A stretch of 64,000 nt of DNA. Origin: Vicinamibacteria bacterium (GTDB lineage Bacteria; Acidobacteriota; Vicinamibacteria; Marinacidobacterales; Marinacidobacteraceae). The stretch spans positions 2,144,001 through 2,208,000 of the forward strand of contig CAXXLQ010000004.1 of the NCBI GenBank assembly GCA_963668695.2. Reading direction: 5' to 3'. The notes beneath the pieces were generated by a model. The model saw only the letters and a list, made by a program, of their open reading frames with translations, did no database searches and was not told the origin of the DNA. This document shows positions 9,145 to 21,468 of this stretch, piece by piece. Each line of letters begins with the position of its first letter. Within the stretch, counting starts at the first letter, position 1. The translations under genes and the position numbers were made by a program.

Positions 9145-9380
9145 GCGGGCCGGGAGGGGGGCACATTGCTGGCCTGGTTCGGGTGGTCAAGTGGGAGGAG
9201 AGATTGAGCCCCCCTCCCGAACCGCCCGGCGCTCCGCGCCGGAATCGAAACTCCCTCGCGCGCTAGCGCGCCCTTCGGCGAGTCCCGATTCGACGTCACT
9301 GATTGTGAAAGGGGGTGCCCCCCTTTCACACTTTCCCCCCGGTCATGCGGGCAGCGAACAGAGTTCGCTGCCGTTGGTTT
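9143..9380 (+). repeat. Family B multi-hairpin repeat
   Basis: Stem GCGGGCCGGGAGGGGGGC/GCCCCCCTCCCGAACCGC around a 45-nt loop; then hairpins TGTGAAAGGGGG..CCCCCTTTCACA and GGCAGCGAAC..GTTCGCTGCC. Confidence 0.85.
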
Positions 9381-10441
9381 CTGCTCAGTAGAGGCTGCGC
9401 CGTGCGCCTTCGCGGGACGCAGGGCAGGGAACGCAGGGCAGGGAACGCCGGGCAGTTCTCCCGGTGGGGCCCTTCAGACCGGCACCGCGGCCCGTCGGGC
9501 CGCGAGATCGCGTACGTCTGAGCTGCGTGAAGCGCGGCCGGGGCAGGGAACGCCAGCCATCGCATAGGGGGCCGGCACAGCCCGCCGCAGGCGGGCGGAA
9601 CCGCGTATCGCCGAGTTGCGGGATCTCCCGCACCGCCGTTCCTGCTGAGCTACGCGACGACGCACGCACCACCCCGATGTTTGGCGCTGTTCCCTTTTGC
9701 TGCGCTGTCGCGCAACGGTGCTGATCCCCTACACGCGCACAGGTACAGGGCCGCCACCAGCGGAACGAACGCCCGTTTCCCGGCTCGCGCCGGCGTTGCC
9801 ACCCGGAGGAAAACGGTCAACGGGACGCTCCAACTACGGCAGATTCATTCCGTTCTTGGGGCCCGACGCCTCGTCTCTTCCAAGATGCGGGATTGTGCTG
9901 TGAATTCCCAAGTGTACGGGTTGTGTCACTTGGGCGACCAATCGCGGTCTGGGGATGGGTTGGCGGTGCTCCGTTCCCGGTCCGACGCGTCGTTCTGTGC
10001 CGACTCCGGCGCGCCGGCGGTCTTTGGCGACACTTTTGTCGGCGGAAGGCTTCAGGACCAGGGCGACGGACCCAGTCGGGACCACATCCGACGAACCAGG
10101 TTTCGGCCTGGGGGACGGGAGGAAGCGGTTCTCGGGTGGCCGGCTGGCGGGAAACCCCCGTACCCGAAAGAGCCTTGTTTCCCGGTGCGCGCTCTTACGG
10201 AGAGCAACGATGCGCGTTTCGACTGCCGTCGGCGGTCGGTGAAGGCCCCCACCGGGAAGACTGGCCGGCGTTCCCCGAGATGCCGGTTTTGAGAGCGGAG
10301 CGCCCGCCCCCCTCCCTGATAAAATCCCGGGTCCGGCTGGATGGGCAATGGGCTGGACGATAGTCGGCGGTCAGCCCGGCGGGTCGGAGTTTCCCGGCGC
10401 CGTTCCGGCACTTTGCTGACCCCCACTTCCCCTCAAGTTCC

Positions 10442-13408
<2,967 letters not shown>

Positions 13409-13503
13409 CCCCGTGGAGAAAGCGCCCCGCACCGGCCACGGGACGGCAACTGCGCCGAAGCCGGCGGTTCTTCCGCGTGCGGGGCGCTTTCCCCACGGGC
13501 AAG

Positions 13504-13682
13504 CAGCCTGCAGACAAAGTCACGCGGCATTCGAGCGGCGATGCATCCCGTCTGAAACGCCCCGCTTCGCGTGGCTCATCGTTGCGCTTCGGTCGAAATA
13601 CACTCGGTATTCCTCCCTCGCGCGCCTTGTCAGCCGGGCGCCTCGACGCTCTCGGTGCTCACGCGACTCTGTCCACAGGCTG
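13504..13682 (+). mobile_element. Family A MITE-like element, 179 bp, no modules
   Basis: CAGCCTG...CAGGCTG then CTAG; reads CACGCGGCATTCGA and CACTCGGTATTCCT at the sites where other copies carry the module. Confidence 0.85.
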
Positions 13683-13789
13683 CTAGTGGTGCAAATCGCT
13701 ACGCGATTCGCACCATCTTTTTCTGTGGGGAGGGGAATCCCCTCCCCACGCCCCTCCCCCGCGGCGCTTTGCGCCGCGAATGATGGGGT

Positions 13790-14231
13790 CAGAGTTTCAT
13801 CACCGGCTGCTAACCGCCGGTGGAAAAACCCACGCGGCCCAGTTGCTGTGAAAATGCAGTTGCGCCGAGCCCCCAACAGGGCGGATGGCGCGCAGGCACG
13901 GGAACGCCGACCTCTGGCCAGTTCTCCCGGTGGGGGCCGGCACGCGCGGGAGCGCGAAACCTGCGCTGGTGACGCCGAGTTCTGCCGACGTGAGTGGCGC
14001 ACCACCTTTTCATGCCGGCGGGGTGAACGGGCCGACCCGATCATGTGGGCTTCTCCCGGTGGGGGCTCGGCCGGCGATCCATCCCGCCTCCGCTTCGCTC
14101 CGTTTCGGTCGAAATACACCCGGCCCAGTTCCCCCGGTGGGGGCTCCTCCCTCGCGCGCCTTGTCAGCCGGACCCCCAGCGGGAGAACTGGCGCTCTCGG
14201 CGCTCACGCGAGTTCCATCACCGGCTGCTAA
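13790..14231 (+). repeat. Mosaic of fragmented family A ends, a REP-like unit and four module copies
   Basis: CACCGGCTGCTAACCGCC occurs at ~13801 and ~14219; partial MITE body 14049-14227. Confidence 0.7.
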
Positions 14232-14267
14232 CCGCCCAACCGCGAGTACCCCTCAAGGGACCCAACA

Positions 14268-15647
14268 TTGACGAAGAAGAGAAGCTTCCGCGCCTGCGCG
14301 GCCCAGATCAGCCCCGTCTTCATGGACAAGAAGGCGAGCGTCGAAAAATACGCCGAGACGATCCGCGAGGCGGGGCGGCAGGGGGTGGACCTCATCGTGA
14401 CCCCGGAGACCGGGATCCCCGTCTATCCCTACTGGCGGAACAACTTCGGCTACACCGACCCCCAGTCGGCGCGCCTCTGGAAGGAGACCGTGGTCCGCTT
14501 CTACGACGAGGCGGTGCGCATCCCGGGGCCGGAGACCGACGAACTCGGACGCGCCGTCAAGGCCGCTGGACTCACGGCGGTGATCGGCCTCAACGAACAG
14601 GACGACCGGCCGGGCTCGCGCACGCTCTACAACACGATGCTCTTCATCGGTCCCGACGGCGAGATCCTGGGCCGGCACCGGAAGCTCATGCCGACCCACC
14701 AGGAGCGGATCTTCTGGGGCCGGGGGGACGCGAGCGATCTCCGGGTCTTCGACACCCCGTTCGGCGTGCTGGGCGGACTCATCTGCTTCGAGAACCACAT
14801 GACGCTGCTCAAGGCGGCGATGGCGGTGAAGGGCGAAGAGGTCCACGCCGCCTGCTGGCCGGGTTACTGGGCCTACGGCGGGCCCGGCAACACCGTCCGC
14901 GACATGAGCGGGACCCACTATCCGCTCCACCACTCGGACCAGGACTCCGCGGTGCGCGAGTACGCCTTCGAGACCCAGACGTTCGTGGTCTCGGCTTCGC
15001 TCTTCATGACCGAAGCTGACGTGCCGGACGACTTCCCCTACAAGAAGACGACGAACTGGAAGTGGGCGATGGGCGGCAGCGCCATCGCCACCCCCTTCGG
15101 GACCTACGCGGCGGAGCCGCTCTTCGGCAAGGAGGGGTTGGTGATCGCCGATCTCGACCTCGCCGACCGGATCGTCGCGAAGAACGTCTTCGACTGCATG
15201 GGTCACTACACCCGCTGGGACGTGGCCCAGTTGCGCCTCAAGCGCGAAGGTGTCGGCCCGGAGCCCGGGCGGGACGATTTTCGGGCCGACCTTCGGCCTG
15301 GGCGGGCTTCGCGGATCGTGGCAGTTCCCGCGCCGCCGATGGCTCCCGGACCGGAAGACGAGGAAGAGCGCGAGGAGGCGGCCGCCCCGCCGAAGGCCAT
15401 CATGGGCGCGCTCCCGGACAACCTGGCGAAACCGCTACTCGCCGCCCTCAGCGAGAAGTTCGGCCCCGGGACGTTCTCCGCCGCCCGCGCCGAGCTCGAC
15501 AGCGACGACCTCGACGAACTGGCCCGCTCGCACGGCCTCTCGCAAGACGAGGTGATTTCGTTCATCCACGACTTTATTGATCTCATCCGCCGCCGCAGCG
15601 AATTCGTGGTGCCGGATCTGGTCCTCGAAGAGCCCGCTGACGCCTGA
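14268..15647 (+). CDS. Nitrilase (carbon-nitrogen hydrolase family) with C-terminal extension
   Basis: E-K-C triad: VTPET, RHRKLMPT, GLICFEN; FDCMGHYTR; TTG start preceded by AAGGGA. Confidence 0.9.
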   Translation: MTKKRSFRACAAQISPVFMDKKASVEKYAETIREAGRQGVDLIVTPETGIPVYPYWRNNFGYTDPQSARLWKETVVRFYDEAVRIPGPETDELGRAVKAAGLTAVIGLNEQDDRPGSRTLYNTMLFIGPDGEILGRHRKLMPTHQERIFWGRGDASDLRVFDTPFGVLGGLICFENHMTLLKAAMAVKGEEVHAACWPGYWAYGGPGNTVRDMSGTHYPLHHSDQDSAVREYAFETQTFVVSASLFMTEADVPDDFPYKKTTNWKWAMGGSAIATPFGTYAAEPLFGKEGLVIADLDLADRIVAKNVFDCMGHYTRWDVAQLRLKREGVGPEPGRDDFRADLRPGRASRIVAVPAPPMAPGPEDEEEREEAAAPPKAIMGALPDNLAKPLLAALSEKFGPGTFSAARAELDSDDLDELARSHGLSQDEVISFIHDFIDLIRRRSEFVVPDLVLEEPADA

Positions 15648-15680
15648 ACCCGGCGTCCTCTTCGTAATTCCCGTTCCGCC

Positions 15681-16217
15681 ATGGTCCTCGGTCTCCTGAC
15701 CGTCCATCTGGCCGGGATCATCGTGTTCGCCTACACCTGCTTCGGGGTCGGCTCCGGGACGCTCGCCTTCCACATCGGCGCCGGACTCATTGCGGTGCTG
15801 CTGGTGGTGTTCGCCCACACCATGAGCTACTTCTACCTGGTCGCCATGACCAGCATGATGCGGAAGGCGCTCGCCGGGGAGAGCGGGCCGCCGGTGCTGG
15901 TGGACGACCCGCGGGGGCCGGAGCTGCTCGCGCGCAGCCGCCGGCTGAAGGCGAGCGCGATGCCGTGGGGGATGGGGGGCATGGTCCTGCCGATGGCCGC
16001 CTTCATCCTGGGGGGCGGCGCCCACACCCGGGCGTTCCCGGCCGTCATCCACACCGCCGCGGGATACCTGGTGTTCGCGTTCGCCGTCCTGGCGATGGTG
16101 ATGATCGGCTTGGCGCTCCTCCGCCAGAACCGCATCATCGAGGCTTTCCAGGCCTGTGCGGGGACATCGAGCGGTCCGGCAACGGGGGCACTGGACCAGG
16201 TTGGTGGTAGCCAATAG
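15681..16217 (+). CDS. Membrane protein, about 4 transmembrane helices
   Basis: Four hydrophobic segments containing His residues; follows the nitrilase closely. Confidence 0.75.
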   Translation: MVLGLLTVHLAGIIVFAYTCFGVGSGTLAFHIGAGLIAVLLVVFAHTMSYFYLVAMTSMMRKALAGESGPPVLVDDPRGPELLARSRRLKASAMPWGMGGMVLPMAAFILGGGAHTRAFPAVIHTAAGYLVFAFAVLAMVMIGLALLRQNRIIEAFQACAGTSSGPATGALDQVGGSQ

Positions 16218-16226
16218 GCTCGTCGT

Positions 16227-16477
16227 GGTCGAGCGGTCCGGAAGGGGGGCGTCGATCCCCGTAGGGGGTTGGTTATTCGTTTGTTTGAAGCTGAGCCCCC
16301 CTTCCGAACCGCCCGGCGCTACGGGCCGGCAATCGAAACTCCCTTGTGCGCCGTAGGCGCACTGTGGCGAGTTCCGATTGGTCGTTACCTTTTGTGAACG
16401 GGGGGCGGTAGCCCCCCGTTCACACTTTCCCCCCGGTCACGCGGGCAGCGAACGAAGTTCGCTGCCATCAGTTTTTT
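16227..16477 (+). repeat. Family B repeat
   Basis: Same hairpin series; 44-nt loop 16251-16294. Confidence 0.85.
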
Positions 16478-16552
16478 GCGCGCTCAGGTGAGCGCCGCCA
16501 ACCGCAGGTGGCGCGTAGGGCACACAACGCCGGCCCTTCGGTCGGCACCCTA

Positions 16553-16790
16553 GGTCGAGCGGTCCGGAAGGGGGGCGTCGATCCCCGTAGGTGGTTGGTT
16601 ATTCGTTTGTTTGAAGGTGAGCCCCCCTTCCGGACCGCCCGGCGCTTCGCGCCGCGCATCGAAACTTCCTTGCGAGCCTCCGGCGCGCGGCGGCAAGTTC
16701 CGATGCGTCGTTACCTTTTTGTGAAAGGGGAGAATCCCCCCTTTCACACTTTCCCCCGATAACGCGGGCAGCGAACAGAGTTCGCTGCCG
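16553..16790 (+). repeat. Family B repeat (tandem second copy)
   Basis: Near copy of 16227-16477. Confidence 0.85.
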
Positions 16791-16829
16791 TTTGTTCCTG
16801 CTCGGGTGACGGTGCGCCGCCTGGAGAAC

Positions 16830-17030
16830 GTGGCGCACAGGCCCGGGAACGCTGGGCAGTTCTCCCGGTGGGGCCGTTCAGACCGGCACCGCTGCCCGCA
16901 GGGCAGCGAAAGGCGCAGAGCTCGACTCCGGAGTGGTGTCCTTCTCGGCACGGACTTCAAGCAGGGAAGGTGTCGCACCGGCCCGGGAACGCTGGGCAGT
17001 TCTCCCGGTGGGGCCGTTCACACCGGTACC
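16830..17030 (+). repeat. Two REP-like (family C) units, each interrupted by the module
   Basis: GGGAACGCTG-GGCAGTTCTCCCGGTGGGGCC-GTTCA(G/C)ACCGG at 16845 and 16985. Confidence 0.75.
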
Positions 17031-17285
17031 GCCCCGCGCAGCGGGGCGAGACAGCGTATCCCTTCTGACCCGCGTTTGAGGACACCTCCGCACCACCATT
17101 CATACCGTAACGTCGCCCCGCGTATGTCGTTATTTCACAAACACCTAAGAGGTAATCTCAGGTAGGGAACCCCATCAATCGGAAGTCGTCCGACTGTCCA
17201 TTTCTGTAACCGGAATCGCTGCGCTCTTCCGTATAGTCATCCGCTGGCTCCGTCGCGCCGCGGCCGGTGCGGAGGTTTCTCTCTC

Positions 17286-19616
17286 ATGCATCGCCGAGCG
17301 CCGGTTCCCTGCCGTTTGCTGTTTCGGGGTCCGCTGGCGGCCGTCCTCATCCTCGGCGGAATGGTCCCGGCCAGCGTCGCCGCGCAGACGACGCTCTCGG
17401 GAACGGTCGTATTCGACGGGAACGACGAACCGGCCCACAACGCGGAGGTCGTTCTCCTCGGCACCGACCAAGTTACCCACACCGACGAAGAGGGCCGCTT
17501 CGAGTTCACCGTGGCAAAACCGCACGCCGCCTACGTGGTGCACGCGGACCTTGGCTTCCTGAGCGGCATCCTGACGGTCCTCGCGGACGAACACCCAACC
17601 GACTCGATCCGGCTCGAAGCGCCCGTCGTGCTCCGGGAGGATCACATTCACGAGCGGGTCATGGTGAATTCGCCCGCCGGGACGCTGTCTCTGTTCGAAA
17701 TGCACGGCTCGGTGCGTGTGCTGGAGGGCATGGATCTTCAGGAAAAAACGGCCTTCGATGTCGCCGGAGTGGTGGAGGGAACTCCGGGGGTGGCGCTCAG
17801 CAGCGCCGGCCCCGGCGCCACCCGCCCCATCGTGCGGGGACTCGACGGGGACCGGGTGGTCGTGCTGGAAGACGGCGTGCGCACGGGAGACCTGGGGAGC
17901 CAGTCCCCCGACCGCGGACTGCCGCTCGACCCGCTCCAGGCGGAACGGGTGGAAGTCATCCAGGGACCGGCGATCCTTCTCTACGGACCCTATGCGATCG
18001 GCGGCGCCGTGAATGTCATTTCGATGGGCGCCCACCTCGCGCACGGACCTCCGCGCGGCTTCCGGGGCGTGGGGAGGGGGGACCTCTCTTCCAACGGCCG
18101 GGGACGCCGGGGCGGAGCCCGGGTCATGGCCGCGGGCGCCGGCTGGTTCGCCTGGGGCGGGGCGACCACGGTCCGCAACGACGCGTATTCCAGTCCTGTC
18201 GGCCTGGTGCCGTTGGCCGAATCCTTGATGAACCGCGGCGAGGCCGGTTTCGGGCTCTTCAGCCAACGGACCTGGCTCTCCGGGAGCGTGCGTTTGGAGG
18301 AGAACGCCCGGCTGCTTCCCTTCACCAGCGAGTTCCTCGGGGATGACGTCGAGGAGTCGATCGATTTCACCGATGTGGTGGTGGACGCGGCGCGCCGGCA
18401 GGTTCGCGGCGATTTCGGGATCCGGGATCTGGATTTCGCGTTCCCGGAAGCGGAGTTCACGCTCCGTTTCAGCGATTTCGACATGGACGAGAGGGGACCG
18501 CCCGCTTCCGGCGGCATCCCGGGAATCTCCACCCACTTCGAGAACCGTTCGCTGGTGTTCCGGGGCGAGTTGAAGCGGCCGTCCGGCCGCTGGACCGGCA
18601 CGGTCGGACTGTGGGGCGACCGGCGCGACTACGACGGGTTCGGCCAGGACGCCCGAGCGCCGAGCACCCGCCAGAACGCGCTGGCGGCCTTCGCCTACAA
18701 CGAGATCCAGGCGACCAACCGGTTCGCGCTGCAGTTCGGCGCCCGGCTCGAACGAAACGCCTATGACGCGGGAAACCGCCCGGAATCCGCGGGGCGCGTG
18801 GCGAGCGGAGCATCGGCAAACACATACGAGGCCCGCGCGGTCGTGAACCGGGATTTCCTCGGGGCGTCGGGAAGTGCGCGCGGCCGCCTGACGCTGAACG
18901 AAACCACCGTCCTGACGGGAACGGCGAGCCTCGCCACGCGCAGTCCGTCCATCAAGGAGCTCTACGATTTCGCTCCCAGCATCGCGACCCGAGGCTTCCA
19001 GATCGGGAATCCGAACCTCGCTTCCGAACGTCCGTTTGGCCTTGAGTTGACGCTGAGCCGCACCGCGGAGCCTTTTTCGGGCACGGTCAGCGTCTTCCGC
19101 AACTCCATCGCCGACTTCATCTTCGCCGGGACCACCGGGGATGCGCTGGGCGTCTATCAGGTCATCGAGTTCCGGCAGTCGGACGCCCTCTATCAAGGGT
19201 TCGAAGTCGAGGCGCACCTGGAGGTCGGTTCCGCCGAGGTCGTGGCCGATGTTGCCTATGTGGATGCGCGGCTCACCACGACCGGGGAATACCTCCCGCG
19301 GATCCCCCCGCTCGGCGGCGCCTTGGAGCTCAAGATACCCGCCGGTGACTACCGGCTCTCCTCGCGGCTGCGCTGGGCTGCCCGCATGGATCGGGTGCAC
19401 GTCGGCGAAACGCCCACCGACGGGTACGGAGTGCTGAATCTCACCGCTTCCCGCGCCTTCGTCGGCCTCTTCGGGCACCACACGATCTCGAACGTCTCGC
19501 TCGAGCTGTTCAACGTCACGAATGCCGTGGCCCGCCCCCACACGCACCTGCTGAAGGCGTTGATGCCCGAGATCGGCCGGGGACTCCGGATCAGCTATTC
19601 GCTCGGGTTCTTCTAG
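17286..19616 (+). CDS. TonB-dependent receptor
   Basis: Signal peptide; plug motifs RPIVRGLDGDRV and ERVEVIQGPAILLYG..AIGGAVNVI; GNPNLASE; terminal aromatic F. Confidence 0.92.
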   Translation: MHRRAPVPCRLLFRGPLAAVLILGGMVPASVAAQTTLSGTVVFDGNDEPAHNAEVVLLGTDQVTHTDEEGRFEFTVAKPHAAYVVHADLGFLSGILTVLADEHPTDSIRLEAPVVLREDHIHERVMVNSPAGTLSLFEMHGSVRVLEGMDLQEKTAFDVAGVVEGTPGVALSSAGPGATRPIVRGLDGDRVVVLEDGVRTGDLGSQSPDRGLPLDPLQAERVEVIQGPAILLYGPYAIGGAVNVISMGAHLAHGPPRGFRGVGRGDLSSNGRGRRGGARVMAAGAGWFAWGGATTVRNDAYSSPVGLVPLAESLMNRGEAGFGLFSQRTWLSGSVRLEENARLLPFTSEFLGDDVEESIDFTDVVVDAARRQVRGDFGIRDLDFAFPEAEFTLRFSDFDMDERGPPASGGIPGISTHFENRSLVFRGELKRPSGRWTGTVGLWGDRRDYDGFGQDARAPSTRQNALAAFAYNEIQATNRFALQFGARLERNAYDAGNRPESAGRVASGASANTYEARAVVNRDFLGASGSARGRLTLNETTVLTGTASLATRSPSIKELYDFAPSIATRGFQIGNPNLASERPFGLELTLSRTAEPFSGTVSVFRNSIADFIFAGTTGDALGVYQVIEFRQSDALYQGFEVEAHLEVGSAEVVADVAYVDARLTTTGEYLPRIPPLGGALELKIPAGDYRLSSRLRWAARMDRVHVGETPTDGYGVLNLTASRAFVGLFGHHTISNVSLELFNVTNAVARPHTHLLKALMPEIGRGLRISYSLGFF

Positions 19617-19621
19617 CGCGG

Positions 19622-19870
19622 GGTCGAGCGTTCCGGAAGGGGGGCACCGACCCCCGCAGGTGTTCGTTATTGGTTTGTTTGAAGGTGAGCCCCCCTTCCG
19701 AACCGCCCGGCGCTTCGCGCCGCAATCGAAACTCCCTTGCGCGCCTTCGGCGCACAGCGGCGAGTTCCGATTGGTCGTTACCTTCTTGTGAAAGGGGGGC
19801 GGTAGCCCCCCTTTCACACTTTCCCCCCGAAAACGCGGGCAGCGAACGGAGTTCGCTGCCATCAGTTTTC
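19622..19870 (+). repeat. Family B repeat
   Basis: Same hairpin series directly after the receptor stop codon. Confidence 0.85.
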
Positions 19871-20148
19871 TGCGCGCTCGGCTGAGCGCCGCCAACAGAA
19901 CGTGGTGCGCTCGGCAGGGAACGCCGACCTCCGGGCAGTCCTCCCGGTGGGGCCCGGCACCGCTGCCCGACAGGGCGGCGAAACTCCCGTCGCTATTCCC
20001 CGCGTGGCACCGCGATGAATAGGAGCGCCGGTCTTCAGACATCGCGGCCGAAGGCCGCGAGACTCCCATCGTTGTTCCCTATATGGCACCGCGGTGAATA
20101 GGAGCGCCGGTCTGAAGACCGGCGCTCCCGTTGTACGATCCGGCCGCC

Positions 20149-21003
20149 GTGCTCCGAGCCCTGACCCCCCTCATCCTCCTCCTCGCCGCGACCCTCCTCG
20201 CCCCCCCGGCAGCCCCCGCCCAGGACATCGTCCCCGCCCCCGCGGACGCCTCCACCGGCCCGGACACGGTGTTCGTCCAGGAACTCACCTGGACCGAGGT
20301 CGCGGCGCGGGTGCGCGCCGGCACCCGCTCGGTGATCGTGCCGACCGGCGGCACCGAGCAGAACGGGCCGCACATGGTGCTCGGGAAGCACAACTTCATC
20401 ATCCGGGAGGCGTCCGATCGGATCGCCCGCGAACTCGGCGACACGCTGGTGGCCCCGGTCGTCGCCTACGTCCCGGAGGGTGGAATCGATCCGCCGACCG
20501 GCCACATGCGTTACGCCGGCGCCATCACCCTCCCCCAGGAGCACTTCGAGGCGCTCCTCGAATACACGGCGCGCGGCTTCGCGCTCCACGGGTTCGACAA
20601 CATCATCTTTATAGGGGACAGCGGCGGGAACCAGCGGGGCATGGAGGCGGTGGCCACGAAGCTCAACCTCGAATGGCAAGACTCCGGCGGAAAGTCCCGG
20701 GTGCTCTACGTCCCCGAGTATTACCGCGGGAACGGCTTTCGCGAGTGGCTGCTGGAGCAGGGGGTCCCGGAGGACGCCATCGGGAGCCACGCCGGGGTGA
20801 CCGACACCTCGCAGCTCTGGTACGTCGCGCCGGAACAGATCCGGCCGGAGGCGCGAGTCAAGAACGGCGGCTTCGAGGGAAGCGGCGTCAGGGGCGACCC
20901 CACACTCGCCTCGCGGGAATTCGGCGAAAAGGGCATCGAGTTCAAGGTTCAGACGGCGGTCCGCCGGGTGCGCGAGATGCTCGCCGCGCGCTCCCGCGAA
21001 TGA
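20149..21003 (+). CDS. Creatininase-family protein with signal peptide (copy 1)
   Basis: ELTWTEV, IVPTGGTEQNGPHMVLGKH, GDSGGN, GSHAGVTDTS, GVRGDP. Confidence 0.9.
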   Translation: MLRALTPLILLLAATLLAPPAAPAQDIVPAPADASTGPDTVFVQELTWTEVAARVRAGTRSVIVPTGGTEQNGPHMVLGKHNFIIREASDRIARELGDTLVAPVVAYVPEGGIDPPTGHMRYAGAITLPQEHFEALLEYTARGFALHGFDNIIFIGDSGGNQRGMEAVATKLNLEWQDSGGKSRVLYVPEYYRGNGFREWLLEQGVPEDAIGSHAGVTDTSQLWYVAPEQIRPEARVKNGGFEGSGVRGDPTLASREFGEKGIEFKVQTAVRRVREMLAARSRE

Positions 21004-21025
21004 CGGCGGCTTCCCGCCCCGCGCC

Positions 21026-21338
21026 GTGATCCCGTCCCAGCGGCATCTCTTCGACATCCCGCGGGACGTCGCCTACCTGAACTGCGCGTACATGTCGCCA
21101 ATGCTCAACAGCGTGGTGGAGGCGGGGACCGCCGGCCTCCGGCGGAAGGCGCACCCCTGGGAGATCACCGTCGGCGACTTTTTCGACGACTTGGAGGCGC
21201 TCCGCGCGACGTGAGCGGAGTTGCCGGGGGCCGGACCCAACGCGCTGGCCATCACCCCCTCGGTGGGCTACGGCCTCTCGCTCGCCGCGAACAACGGGGC
21301 GCTCGGGGCGGGACAGGTGGTCCTGCTCGCGAACGAGC
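21026..21338 (+). pseudogene. Truncated class V aminotransferase (copy 1)
   Basis: Matches the 5' part of 31338-32483; TGG>TGA at 21212-21214; similarity stops at ~21338. Confidence 0.85.
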
Positions 21339-21468
21339 GTCATCTTTCCGGTCTGCCGGGCACCGGTTACGACGGTTGGCGGAGCCGCCCCGAGATGGAT
21401 CGCGCGCTCCGATCCCTCTTGTCGCGGACAGTTGCGGTGGCCGGCGCTTCTCGCGGAGAATCGAGGGG

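Noticed and set aside
9145-10441. Glycine riboswitch in the gcv cluster
   Set aside because: No paired GGAGA...CCGAAG and CTCTCAGG motifs recognisable here or upstream of gcvT.
17100-17180. Fur/Zur box or riboswitch upstream of the TonB receptor
   Set aside because: AT-rich patch only; no convincing palindrome or cobalamin/TPP motif.
17175-20069. 964-aa minus-strand ORF and similar long antisense ORFs (11594-13432, 22659-24785, 45339-47192, 59198-60901)
   Set aside because: Shadow frames of well-supported genes in high-GC DNA; no recognisable motifs.
21211-21468. Aminotransferase-adhesin fusion
   Set aside because: The aminotransferase remnant has a stop codon and is in a different frame; the lipoprotein has its own signal peptide from ~21469.
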